A DNA stretch of 32,692 nucleotides from Eledone cirrhosa (GCA_964016885.1 CAXHJY010001215.1:1-32692); one strand, 5' to 3'; positions 1 through 11,971 are shown, counted from the first letter of the stretch. Numbers and translations: made by a program. The notes: generated from the sequence alone by a model not told the origin.

Positions 1-50
1 GGCAAATAAAGAAATCATTTATTATTATTATTATTGTTGTTATTATTATT
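1..50 (+). mobile_element. Possible 3' tail of a SINE/LINE, truncated by the window edge
   Basis: GGCAAATAAAGAAAT followed by an (ATT)n tail; resembles octopus SINE 3' ends from memory. The body lies outside the window. Confidence 0.35.
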
Positions 51-548
51 GACATTTGTTTAACAAAGAACATGGTTTCCTTCCTCGATATTCTACGGAG
101 AATAGATACGGCAATTTCTGAGTGCAGCATCGCATTTCTTTGATGGTATTCCATTAGACAGCACCAGATATTAGAAGAATGAGTTTTTAAGTTTGTGTCT
201 TCCTTAAGATCGTGTGTGTGTACCACCACCACACCACACCAGATCAACAGGTACAATGAGAAGGGTGAAGAAGGTGGCGAGAGAGAGAGGGGGAATAGAG
301 GGGGATAGAGAAAGAAGTGGGAGAGGGAGAGGGGAGAGGGGAAGAGAGAGGGGGAAGGTGGGGAGATGGAGAGAGGAGGGAGAAAAGAAAAGACGAGAAA
401 GTACGATAGATGCAAAAGAGGGGAGGGCACGGAATCACACACACACACACACACACAGCGAAATAACAAAACCAAGATTCATGATAACGAGACCTGATTT
501 TTCACAAACGCTCTCGAGTCTCTCTCTCACAGATGCTTTCCCATTTAC

Positions 549-1302
549 CTCTAAAGACGCTCTCCAATCTATCTCCTTAATGACCGGCAAGAGCTGGTTG
601 TGGCCGGCAAGAGCTGGTTGTCGCCGGCAAGAGCTGGTTGTCGCCGGCAAGAGCTGGTTGTCGCCGGCAAGAGCTGGTTGTCGCCGGCAAGAGCTGGTTG
701 TCGCCGGCAAGAGCTGGTTGTCGCCGGCAAGAGCTGGTTGTCGCCGGCAAGAGCTGGTTGTCGCCGGCAAGAGCTGGTTGTCGCCGGCAAGAGCTGGTTG
801 TCGCCGGCAAGAGCTGGTTGTCGCCGGCAAGAGCTGGTTGTCGCCGGCAAGAGCTGGTTGTCGCCGGCAAGAGCTGGTTGTCGCCGGCAAGAGCTGGTTG
901 TCGCCGGCAAGAGCTGGTTGTCGCCGGCAAGAGCTGGTTGTCGCCGGCAAGAGCTGGTTGTCGCCGGCAAGAGCTGGTTGTCGCCGGCAAGAGCTGGTTG
1001 TCGCCAGCAAGAGCTGGTTGTCGCCAGCAAGAGCTGGTTGTCGCCAGCAAGAGCTGGTTGTCGCCAGCAAGAGCTGGTTGTCGCCAGCAAGAGCTGGTTG
1101 TCGCCAGCAAGAGCTGGTTGTCGCCAGCAAGAGCTGGTTGTCGCCAGCAAGAGCTGGTTGTCGCCAGCAAGAGCTGGTTGTCGCCAGCAAGAGCTGGTTG
1201 TCGCCAGCAAGAGCTAGTTGTCGCCAGCAAGAGCTGGTTGTCGCCAGCAAGAGCTGGTTGTGCTTGAGTAATTCAACAGCTATGAGTATATATTTTAGTT
1301 TA
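549..1302 (-). CDS. Possible internal exon interrupted in frame by the 20-bp array; product unknown
   Basis: Minus strand has an acceptor TCTTTATTTCAG (AG at 1304-1303) and a donor GAG|GTAAAT (GT at 548-547), with an open frame throughout. Collapsed to one repeat unit it reads KLKYILIAVELLKHNQLLPVIKEIDWRASLE. No homolog recognised. Confidence 0.25.
581..1260. repeat. 20-bp minisatellite, 34 copies (TCGCCRGCAAGAGCTGGTTG)
   Basis: Two slightly divergent first copies, 19 copies of the G variant (621-1000) and 13 copies of the A variant (1001-1260), with no spacers. Confidence 0.98.
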
Positions 1303-1731
1303 CTGAAATAAAGATGCCAATAAAACAGATTAAAATAGGTCAAGCATATAGATTTGATTGGCTTCGACCATCACACACATATATACACACGCACACACAC
1401 ATACACATATATATACACGTTAAATGATGATGGCATCTAGATTGGTGATACTTTAAATATGTGTATGAAAGGTGGGTGTACTTTGATATGTACGACCTGG
1501 TTTCTGTGTACTAAATGTTTGCCTGGGATAACTTTAAAATATCAATAGCCACAAGTAGATAAACTATTTTACTGATGTTATAGTATGTCTGTGTATGTGT
1601 GAGAGTATGTATTGTGTGAGAGTATGTATGTGTGAGTGAGTATGGGCGTGTGGGTGTGGTGTGGGTGTGTGTGAGTTATTTTAAGAAATAGGACAGTTTA
1701 AAATTTTAACAAAACTAATAAAAATGTCAGT

Positions 1732-1945
<214 letters not shown>

Positions 1946-2023
1946 CTTAAGTGAGAGCTAGAGAGAAGGAGGGTGGGAAGCTAAAACGTTTTGAAAAAGA
2001 AAGGCTGGTCATTGTATGTCTGA

Positions 2024-2143
2024 CCTAGGGTTAAACTAACAATGTATAGAGAAGATATATGTTGATAGCCTTGGGTTAAACTATATCAATATGTACAGTA
2101 GATATATGTTGATACCAACCTAGGGTTAAACTATAACTATGTA
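2024..2143. repeat. Degenerate 45-50 bp tandem repeat, about 2.5 copies
   Basis: CCTWGGGTTAAACTA recurs at 2024, 2069 and 2119; the first two copies are followed by AGATATATGTTGATA. Confidence 0.8.
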
Positions 2144-2236
2144 AGGGTTCCTACTGAATTAACAAGCCCCCCCCCCCCCCCACACACACACACATTTTCA
2201 AACAATTTTCGTTGACAATGAAAGATTTCTTTATAG

Positions 2237-2296
2237 TTCAATAGATCTTTCAATTCGCTTCGGGGTTTTCTGCAGAGCTTGGCTGGTCGTGTAACT
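2237..2296 (+). CDS. Possible short exon (FNRSFNSLRGFLQSLAGRVT)
   Basis: Acceptor TTTCTTTATAG, donor-like GTAAGG and an open phase-0 frame. An alternative minus-strand exon reading also exists. Confidence 0.2.
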
Positions 2297-2550
2297 GTAA
2301 GGAGGCTTAGCTTGTCCTGTAAGGAGAGCTTGGCTGGTCGTGTAACACTATTAATGTAAGGAGGGCTTAGCTTGTCCTGTAAGGAGAGCTTGGGCTGGTC
2401 GTGTAACACTAATGTAAGGAGAGCTTGGCTGGTCGTGTAACACTGTAAGGAGAGGTGTCTGGTCGTGTAACACTGTAAGGAGAGGTGTCAGGTCGTGTAA
2501 CAGTGTATTAATGTAAGGAGAGGTGTCAGGTCGTGTAACACACTGTATTT
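2275..2550. repeat. Irregular minisatellite built on GGTCGTGTAACAC...GTAAGGAGAG
   Basis: About seven copies of GGTCGTGTAAC with variable linkers. Confidence 0.85.
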
Positions 2551-2740
2551 ATGTATAGTCAAAGCAATGTTTCACTTTACATCCGGCTACATTTCATTTA
2601 TTATCAGGCACTGAAACATGAAGTGTGAATTGGTTTCTATTTTGAGACATTTTCTCATCATCGTTCGTATTGCGACGAAGTAGAAACTGGCGCTTTTCAT
2701 TTACAAGTTTTATTTTTTTAATTTTTTTTATTTTTATTAG

Positions 2741-2813
2741 TCGACAAATTGAGTCGTTGGAGCGTCGATCTGTTCCAGTCCACTGGTGGAGCAGTGTTGT
2801 CAGGAAACTTAAG
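2741..2813 (+). CDS. Possible short exon (RQIESLERRSVPVHWWSSVVRKLK or DKLSRWSVDLFQSTGGAVLSGNL)
   Basis: Long T-rich tract ending TTTTATTAG, two open frames, and donor-like AAG|GTTTAG inside the first 43-bp repeat unit. Confidence 0.25.
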
Positions 2814-4021
2814 GTTTAGTGTGGACTGGTGGAGCAGTGTTGTCAGGAAACTTAAGGTTTAGTGTGGACTGGTGGAGCAGTGTTGTCAGGAAACTTAAGG
2901 TTTAGTGTGGACTGGTGGAGCAGTGTTGTCAGGAAACTTAAGGTTTAGTGTGGACTGGTGGAGCAGTGTTGTCAGGAAACTTAAGGTTTAGTGTGGACTG
3001 GTGAGCAGTGTTGTCAGGAAACTTAAGGTTTAGTGTGACTGGTGGAGCAGTGTTGTCAGGAAACTTAAGGTTTAGTGTGGACTGGTGGAGCAGTGTTGTC
3101 AGGAAACTTAAGGTTTAGTGTGGACTGGTGGAGCAGTGTTGTCAGGAAACTTAAGGTTTAGTGTGGACTGGTGGAGCAGTGTTGTCAGGAAACTTAAGGT
3201 TTAGTGTGGACTGGTGGAGCAGTGTTGTCAGGAAACTTAAGGTTTAGTGTGGACTGGTGGAGCAGTGTTGTCAGGAAACTTAAGGTTTAGTGTGGACTGG
3301 TGGAGCAGTGTTGTCAGGAAACTTGAGGTTTAGTGTGGACTGGTGGAGCAGTGTTGTCAGGAAACTTAAGGTTTAGTGTGGACTGGTGGAGCAGTGTTGT
3401 CAGGAAACTTAAGGTTTAGTGTGGACTGGTGGAGCAGTGTTGTCAGGAAACTTAAGGTTTAGTGTGGACTGGTGGAGCAGTGTTGTCAGGAAACTTAAGG
3501 TTTAGTGCGGACTGGTGGAGCAGTGTTGTCAGGAAACTTAAGGTTTAGTGTGGACTGGTGGAGCAGTGTTGTCAGGAAACTTAAGGTTTAGTGTGGACTG
3601 GTGGAAGCAGTGTTGTCAGGAACTTAAGGTTTAGTGTGGACTGGTGGAGCAGTGTTGTCAGGAAACGTAAGGTTTAGTGTGGACTGGTGGAGCAGTGTTG
3701 TCAGGAAACGTAAGGTTTAGTGTGGACTGGTGGAGCAGTGTTGTCAGGAAACGTAAGGTTTAGTGTGGACTGGTGGAGCAGTGTTGTCAGGAAACTTAAG
3801 GTTTAGTGTGGACTGGTGGAGCAGTATTGTCAGGAAACTTAAGGTTAGTGTGGACTGGTGGAGCAGTGTTGTCAGGAAACGTAAGGTTTAGTGTGGACTG
3901 GTGGAGCAGTGTTGTCAGGAACTTAAGGTTTAGTGTGGACTGGTGGAGCAGTGTTGTCAGGAAACGTAAGGTTTAGTGTGGACTGGTGGAGCAGTGTTGT
4001 CAGGAAACTTAAGGTTTAGTG
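2782..4021. repeat. 43-bp minisatellite, about 29 copies
   Basis: Unit CTGGTGGAGCAGTGTTGTCAGGAAACTTAAGGTTTAGTGTGGA repeated head to tail with rare indels and substitutions. Confidence 0.98.
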
Positions 4022-4373
4022 AGGTGCAGCTGAGACATACCACCCAAACAGAAATGAGGGGGAGGGGTACAGTTTCTACCCGTTCCTTCCTCCTTACCGT
4101 TATTTAATTTTTCTACTTTTTTTGTTTAGCAAATATTAAATAATTTTAATTGAAATAAACCCCATTATTATGAAATGCATGTATGGGGGGCGATAAACTG
4201 AACCAATCACAATAAAATAACGTTTAGTCTGGCGCTCTACTGATTCTCAGTATTGCCAACTTGCAACTTTTAACAATTAATCAGTACACGTAGGTGTGTG
4301 TGTGGGGGGGGGGGGGGGTGCACATACTAACTTACAAGATAATCTTATCCTCCAAGATAAAAGAGTCGCCATA

Positions 4374-5470
<1,097 letters not shown>

Positions 5471-5597
5471 TGTAGCGGAAATGGAAATTTAAGAAACCTT
5501 TTTATTCGTTTGAAAACCATTTCAGATTATATTTAATGAAACCACATCCCGTCTTAATTATTGGAGATAATCTGGAAATCAGTATAGACCTCAGCCT

Positions 5598-5633
5598 GTG
5601 TGCGTGTGAGTGTGAGTGTGAGTGTGAGTGTGA

Positions 5634-5696
<63 letters not shown>

Positions 5697-5717
5697 TGTG
5701 TGTGTGTGTGTGTGCGT

Positions 5718-5749
<32 letters not shown>

Positions 5750-6455
5750 ACATACATATATAATATATAATAATATATAATAATATAATATATAATATAA
5801 TATAATATAATATATAATATATATATAATATAATATAATATATAATATAATATATAATATAATATATATAAATATAATATAATATATATATATAATATAA
5901 TATATATATATATATATAATATAATATATATAATATAATATATATATAATAATATATATATATATAATATAATATATATATAATATATATATATATATAA
6001 TATAATATATATATATAATATAATATATATAATATAATATATATATAATAATATATATATATATAATATAATATATATATAATATATATATATATATAAT
6101 ATAATATATATATATATAATATAATATAATATAATATATATATATATATAATATAATATATATATATATATAATATAATATATATATATATAATATAATA
6201 TAATATAATATATATATAATATAATATATATATATATATAATATAATATATATATATATAATATAATATAATATAATATATATATAATATAATATATATA
6301 TATATATAATATAATATATATATATATATAATATAATATATATATATATATAATATAATATATATATATATAATATAATATATATATATATAATATAATA
6401 TATATATATATAATATAATATATATATATATATAATATAATATATATGTAATATA
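5598..6455. repeat. Compound microsatellite (GTGAGT)n-(GA)n-(GT)n-(TATAA/TA)n
   Basis: Direct reading. Confidence 0.95.
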
Positions 6456-6802
6456 ATTTGTTGTAACATTTACCAAAAATATATTTTTGAGTAACCGTTA
6501 AGACTTTCACCATTCATAAATTCAAGTTATTTATTTTACTGAACAGCGTGAATGAATATACTTTCATTTGTTGGAATATAGCTATAAATATAATGTATGC
6601 CTGTATAGTCGCCTAATAACTCCTGTTGGGGGTCGTAGAATATGGGGTGGGGGAGAGTATGGACATACGGTGTTTCTGGGGCATTTTCAAACTTGGCGGA
6701 ACCCCAGCTTCTCTGCAGGTCTGAATACGGTAGATTTCCTCGAGAAAGAGAGGGAGAAAAAGAGAGAGGGGAGAAAGAGAAAGAGGGAAAGAGAGAGAAA
6801 GA

Positions 6803-6958
6803 GATCCACCCCAGTGCTAGACTCGTACTTTTTTTTTATTGATCTTGAATGGGTGAAAGGCACAGTCGACCTGGGTGGGATTTGAACTCAGAGAGCAGAG
6901 TTGAAACGAATACACCAAAACACTATCCGACCTTCTTATGAGAGTCACATCGCCACCT
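6803..6958 (-). mobile_element. Diverged tRNA-derived SINE copy (same family as 12.8 and 13.5 kb)
   Basis: Reverse complement contains CTGAGTTCAAATCCCACCCAGGTCGACTGTGCCTTTCACCC...AATAAAAAAAAAGTACGAGT, aligning by eye with 12898-12968. Confidence 0.75.
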
Positions 6959-7109
6959 GAGTGTGTAGCTACAAATGTATACAATGGCGGACTGGGTCTA
7001 AAATATCGGGTGCCAGGAGCTGAAGGGGCCCACCTACATATAAAATTCTATCATTTAATTTTGATTTTGAAAGTAGGTTTATAATTAGCAATTTTCATTA
7101 TATTTTTGT

Positions 7110-7187
7110 AGCTGTCTCTGTGGCCGAGTGGGAGGAATCATAGACGGTGGTGATCATGGTCTGAAATTTGACCCTGGTCGGGAGTAG
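7110..7187 (+). other. tRNA-like Pol III unit, degenerate (left arm)
   Basis: A-box TGGCCGAGTGG at 7121-7131, decayed B-box near 7165-7174 and T-runs at 7204 and 7213. Confidence 0.45.
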
Positions 7188-7257
7188 GGTTCCCGGTTAA
7201 ACCTTTTCAGTCTTTTTTCTATGGGATGTAAAATAAAAACTGAAAGACATTACATGT

Positions 7258-7331
7258 ACCTCTTGACCAGGATTGAACCCAAGACCAGGATCTCCGTCTC
7301 TAGTACCTACCGCTAGGCCACCGAGACAGCT
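7258..7331 (-). other. tRNA-like Pol III unit (right arm)
   Basis: Minus strand A-box TGGCCTAGCGG (7320-7310), B-box GGTTCAATCC (7279-7270) and a downstream T-run (A-run at 7230-7239 on +). Confidence 0.55.
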
Positions 7332-7516
7332 GTGGTGTCGTTGACCAAATGATTTGCTTAATTGTTTTATTTATTTAAAAAAATTTATTCTTTTTCTTAG
7401 ACTTCAGGTATTTTTTGAAAGCTAAGCATTGGCCCCTAAAATACTACAGTGGGCCCTGCAGTACTACTGTGGAACCCCAGGGACCCACTTGCCATTGGGC
7501 AACCTGACAAGTCCGC

Positions 7517-7554
<38 letters not shown>

Positions 7555-7667
7555 TGTATATAGCTACAAACACACATATATATATATTATATATATACGG
7601 TATAAAGCAACATATCAAATAGCAGAGTGAATACACGTGCTTTTTCTCAAAACATTTTTTCCCATAA

Positions 7668-7778
7668 ACTTGATCCAGTCGGCTCATTTGGTAACGGTTG
7701 CTTCTGACAGGACCCGCTGGAAGGTGTGGTTGTGGTTGAGGACTGACCTCACGACCTTCTCCCAAATAAAGTGGGCGT
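7668..7778 (-). repeat. Unclassified interspersed repeat, copy 1
   Basis: Reverse complement CGCCCACTTTATTTGGGAGAAGGTCGTGAGG...GTCCTCAACC...CCTTCCAGCG...TCAGAAGCAACC aligns by eye with 11617-11720 and 11278-11340. Confidence 0.55.
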
Positions 7779-7802
7779 AAGGAAAGAGGGATACTTGACT
7801 GG

Positions 7803-8073
7803 TGTCTAGTTAGCCCCTAAAATACACACAAACTTTCTTTCTTGTAAACATAACCGCAAAAATTTCCCCGTCAGTAAGCATGGTACCATTATAACATTAA
7901 ACATAGGAGAGAGAGCGAGAGCGATTCCTTATTAACATAATCCATGATCATAATAAACGGCGATAGAGCGAAACTAACGTTGTCTAGTTTATAGACCCCA
8001 AAATACACAAATCCCTTCTTTTCCTTCTTTGTAAACTTTGCAATCTTAAAGGTTTCCCCGTCAGTGAGCCTGT
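7803..8073. repeat. Diverged tandem duplication (period about 178 bp)
   Basis: TGTCTAGTT...CCC(C/T)AAAATACAC...TTGTAAAC...TTTCCCCGTCAGT occurs at 7803-7875 and 7981-8065. Confidence 0.7.
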
Positions 8074-8156
8074 AGCTTTTTATTTCTGTCACATTATAGG
8101 TGCTTATAAATGATTAATAGTATTTTTACATGAACCCACGGGGGACGGTTCTACGC

Positions 8157-8288
8157 CAGTGATTCTGAAAGGAGGGGACACGCCCCTACAGGAGGAGCAA
8201 TTTGAATATTTTAAAGACAATCTGAATATTTTAAAAATGCAACATGTTACAAGGGGTGTCCTTGATAGATCTCCGTTGAAGAATACGA
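8157..8288. mobile_element. Degenerate hAT/Charlie-like MITE remnant
   Basis: Starts CAGTGATTCTGAAAG...CGCCCC and ends GTTGAAGAATAC, a layout typical of Charlie-type ends; TIR match is poor. Confidence 0.3.
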
Positions 8289-8379
8289 ACATATTTGTCC
8301 GATTAACCGGATTAATTGTGTATATATAATATATATGATAGGGTTAGGATTAGAGATTCCTTGTATGTGGGGGAGAGAG

Positions 8380-8488
8380 AGAAGGGGGCTGATCATCAGA
8401 TGAGACCAAGGAAACCATTTGTGTTACTATCTGTCAGTCACAACTGGCAGAAGAAAGGAGCTGATCATCAGATGAGACCAAGGAAACA
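8380..8488. repeat. Direct duplication of about 35 bp
   Basis: GCTGATCATCAGATGAGACCAAGGAAAC at 8388-8416 and 8460-8488. Confidence 0.85.
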
Positions 8489-8785
8489 ATTCTTCATAGC
8501 AGAATACACAGAATCTGATCAGATAGCGACTCATAATTCCACCAATTCTTGAGAGGAGGAAAGATAAAGTTGACCCCAGCTGGCTTTGAGCCTAACCAGT
8601 TTCAAACTGAATTATATATATTAAATTAACAGATTAAAGATCCCGTTAAGGGTGAAAGCAGCGATTCTTTGCTTAAACTTTAATCTGTTATTTTAATAAA
8701 TATTTGCTCTACGGTTCTTATATATTTGATATATTATCCTTATCGAGCCCTCTTCGGATTTTAGTCTACACATTTATTATTATTA

Positions 8786-8833
<48 letters not shown>

Positions 8834-8857
8834 CTAAAAGAAAAAAACCAGGAGTGA

Positions 8858-8960
8858 CCCGCATGCTCAATCCTAAATATGTACAAAACACGATGGTCAT
8901 GGCTGGAACGCCTTAGAACCTTGTTAGATGGAGGGTATAAACAACAACAAATCTATCGAC
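8858..8960 (+). pseudogene. Possible decayed RTE-like LINE ORF fragment
   Basis: Translates as SILNMYKTRWSWLERLRTLLDGGYKQQQIY, loosely similar to the post-RT motif RLRWLGHV-RM-DGR-PKQ-LY of RTE elements (by eye only). Confidence 0.25.
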
Positions 8961-9045
8961 GACCACACGAGCAAATAAACCAAAAACTCACAGAGAGGCT
9001 GGAGGGGGCTAAATACATAAGTCACAGTCGTTATATATAAAAGAA

Positions 9046-9225
9046 CTACTAACCCTCCCTCCTCTATGTGGGTCCTACTAACCCCTCCCTCCTCTATGTG
9101 GGTCCTACTAACCCCTCCCTCCTCTATGTGGGTCCTACTAACCCCTCCCTCCTCTATGTGGGTCCTACTAACCCCTCCCTCCTCTATGTGGGTCCTACTA
9201 ACCCCTCCCTCCTCTATGTGGGTCC
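9046..9225. repeat. 30-bp minisatellite, 6 copies (CTACTAACCCCTCCCTCCTCTATGTGGGTC)
   Basis: Direct reading; near-perfect copies. Confidence 0.97.
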
Positions 9226-9317
9226 AGAGACTAACGCTAATAAATCGTAGCATACCAACAAAGGGCAAAACTAGCTTCCCTCACCAACTCCGCCTCCTAT
9301 TCAGGGTCACGGTTGAG

Positions 9318-9795
9318 GTGACGACGGTGGTGATGCTGATAGTGGTGGTGGTGATAGAGGTGGTAGTGGTGGTGGTGACAGTGATAGTGGTAGTGGTGGT
9401 GGTGGTGGTGACAGTGATAGTGGTGGTGGTGACAGTGATAGTGGTAGTGGTGGTGGTGGTGGTGGTGGTGGTGGCAGTGGTGGTGGTGATAGTGGTGGTA
9501 GTGGTGGTGGTGACAGTGATAGTGGTAGTGGTGGTGATGACAGTGATAGTGGTGGTATTGGTGATAGTGGTGGTGATAGTGGTGGTGATAGTGGTGGTGG
9601 TAGTGGTGGTGGTGGTGGTGGTGGTAGTAGTGGTGGTAGTAGTGGTGATAGTGGTGGTGGTAGTAGTGGTGGTGGTGGTCATGACAGTGATAGTGGTGGT
9701 GATAGTAGTGGTGGTGGTGGTGGTAGTAGTAGTGGTAGTAGTGGTGGTGGTGGTGGTGGTGGTAGTAGTAGTGGTGGTAGTAGTGGTGGTGGTGG
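9318..9795. repeat. (GTG/GTA)n trinucleotide repeat with GTGACAGTGATA subunits
   Basis: Direct reading. Confidence 0.95.
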
Positions 9796-9998
9796 CAATG
9801 TCTTCAGTACACACCAACTACTACATCTCTCCCACCATTTGATCTACTGTGTGTCATCTACCTGATGACAGGTCAGTACATCAGGTCACCCCCCCCCCGT
9901 TTATTCAATTAGCGGCAACACACACACACACACACACGTATATTTATTTACCTAGTCATATACGCGTGTTTATGGTCGAGTGCTTGTCTATGTGTACG

Positions 9999-10034
<36 letters not shown>

Positions 10035-10248
10035 TCTACATATATATACACACACGCACATCAACATGTATATATACACACATCTACATGTATATATATA
10101 TATACACACACACACCTATCAGTAGAATGTCAACAACAATCAGAACAACAGTAAACGTGTAAAAGAGAGAAAAGTGAGAATAACAGAACCAATGGCGCCG
10201 AGAAGTTTCACGAATCTTTAGATAAGTTGTTTGTTTGTTTAGCCAAGT

Positions 10249-10370
10249 CAGGGGCAAACTGCGGCCCTTTTGGCTCTCGGAATGGCCCGTCTAATTTTAA
10301 AATTAGCCTTGTATTTTTTTAGCAGTGCAGCCAACCTTATGATGAACCACATGCCATGTGGCCCGCCTTG
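10249..10370 (+). mobile_element. Possible hAT/Charlie-like MITE fragment
   Basis: CAGGGGCAAACTGCGGCCC start and later GTGGCCCGCC motifs resemble Charlie/MER-type subterminal sequence; no right TIR seen. Confidence 0.3.
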
Positions 10371-10384
10371 TGATGAGCCACATC

Positions 10385-10417
10385 ATATATATATATATAT
10401 ATTATATATATATATAT

Positions 10418-10449
<32 letters not shown>

Positions 10450-10591
10450 ATATATTATATATATATATATAACATATATATATATATATTATATATATAT
10501 ATATAATATATATATATATTATATATTATATATATATATATATATAATATATATATATAATATATATATATATTATATTATATATATATAT

Positions 10592-10623
<32 letters not shown>

Positions 10624-11090
10624 ATATATATATATTATATTATATATATATATTATATATATATATTATATATATTATATATATATATATATTATATATA
10701 TATATATATTATATATATATATATATTATATATATATATATATATTATATATATATATTATATATATTATATATATTATATATATATATATTATATATAT
10801 ATATATTATATATATATATATTATATATATATATATTATATATATATATATTATATATATATATTATATATATATATATATTATATATATATATAATATA
10901 TATATATAATATATATATATATTATATATATATATTATATATATATATTATATATATATATTATATATATATATTATATATATATATTATATATATATAT
11001 ATTATATATATTATATATATTATATATATATATATAATATATATATATTATATATATATATATATATTATTTATATATATATATATATAT
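10385..11090. repeat. (TA)n tract with TT interruptions
   Basis: Direct reading. Confidence 0.97.
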
Positions 11091-11274
11091 CCTGAACGTA
11101 ATGATTAGAATATCGTTCTCATCTTTAGTCACGTCGACGTTCCTGTAATATAAACTCTTATCAAGACACAAATGTCTCAGTCAGGTTGTTCATATATCTG
11201 GCTATCCTTGTGTATATGGTATACAAATCTTGGAGTTCTACTTCAACAATTTATTCCTAATAGGATCTTGAGGG

Positions 11275-11345
11275 CGGAATCCTCAAACACTCCTTCCAGC
11301 AGGTCAGAAACAAATGTCTCCAACTGATCCAGCTGGATTCACAGG
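11275..11345 (+). repeat. Unclassified interspersed repeat, copy 2
   Basis: TCCTCAAACACTCCTTCCAGC...CAGAAACAAATGTCTCCAACTGATCCAGCTGG matches 11657-11718. Confidence 0.65.
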
Positions 11346-11614
11346 CGAGACCAGCCAAACTCATGGATGTTATCCAACTATCTTGCTCGGGGTCTACCGC
11401 TGGGTGCCGACATTACTAACACCACCAGTTCACTAATCTAAAATAAAATGACTGTAATTTAAGAAATCTGTTAAATTGCTAGCTACACAAATAGGATGAT
11501 TTAACACAGACACTCCAGAGTAAACCAACCGTGACCGACTCACTACTTTCCTTTTGTGCACGTTACTAAACCAACACGATCGCTTCCTTATATGGGGGTT
11601 TAAACAACAACTTC

Positions 11615-11725
11615 TTCGCCCACTTATTCGTGAGAGGGCCGTGGAGGTGGGTAGAGTCCTCAAACATTCCTTCCAACGACTGCTGCCAGAAACAACCATC
11701 TCCAACTGATCCGGGTGGTTTAAAC
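11615..11725 (+). repeat. Unclassified interspersed repeat, copy 3
   Basis: CGCCCACTTATTCGTGAGAGGGCCGTGGAGG...GTCCTCAAACATTCCTTCCAAC...CCAGAAACAACCATCTCCAACTGATCC. Confidence 0.65.
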
Positions 11726-11765
11726 TTAAGCGAGAAATTCCGGGTCTGGGCCTTAATGGTTAACG

Positions 11766-11971
11766 CAGTGTTACTCAAGCGGTGTTTGCCCAGAACCCTA
11801 CGGTTCCACGAGAGACCGCGAGAAACACTGATAAATAAGCTAATGTATTGAGTAATTGGTGTTAATATATATATAAACACACACGCACACACATATTAAC
11901 ACCAATTAAAAACGCTCGCGGCCTCTTGTGGAACCGTAGAGTTCTGGGGAAACACCGCTTGAGTAACACTG
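11766..11971. mobile_element. MITE with about 57-bp terminal inverted repeats (hAT/Charlie-like)
   Basis: CAGTGTTACTCAAGCGGTGTTT...CCAGAACCCTACGGTTCCAC...CCGCGAG at left and its reverse complement at 11915-11971. Confidence 0.85.

Larger units (their letters stand above)
6982..7521. mobile_element. Non-autonomous DNA transposon / MITE (hAT-like ends) with internal fold-back
   Basis: Terminal inverted repeats CAATGGCGGACT / AGTCCGCCACTA (10/12 match), subterminal GGGCCCAC / GTGGGCCC and an internal inverted repeat at about 7083-7365. TSD not clear. Confidence 0.6.

Noticed and set aside
4336-4372. Minus-strand first exon [12 protein letters not shown] with GTAAGT donor
   Set aside because: It abuts a (TA)n tract, has no phase-consistent chain to the other candidates, and has equally plausible plus-strand readings.
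8388-8472. Two minus-strand CTGATGA motifs in a direct repeat
   Set aside because: No GAAA-stem III-UH downstream; the motif is part of the quasi-palindrome CTGATCATCAG.
9281-9842. Poly-Thr mucin-like or poly-Val ORFs
   Set aside because: A trinucleotide microsatellite open on both strands, with no supporting domain or clear splice context.
9860-9888. CTGATGA at 9862
   Set aside because: It lies in a small hairpin ACCTGATG/CATCAGGT with no GAAA.
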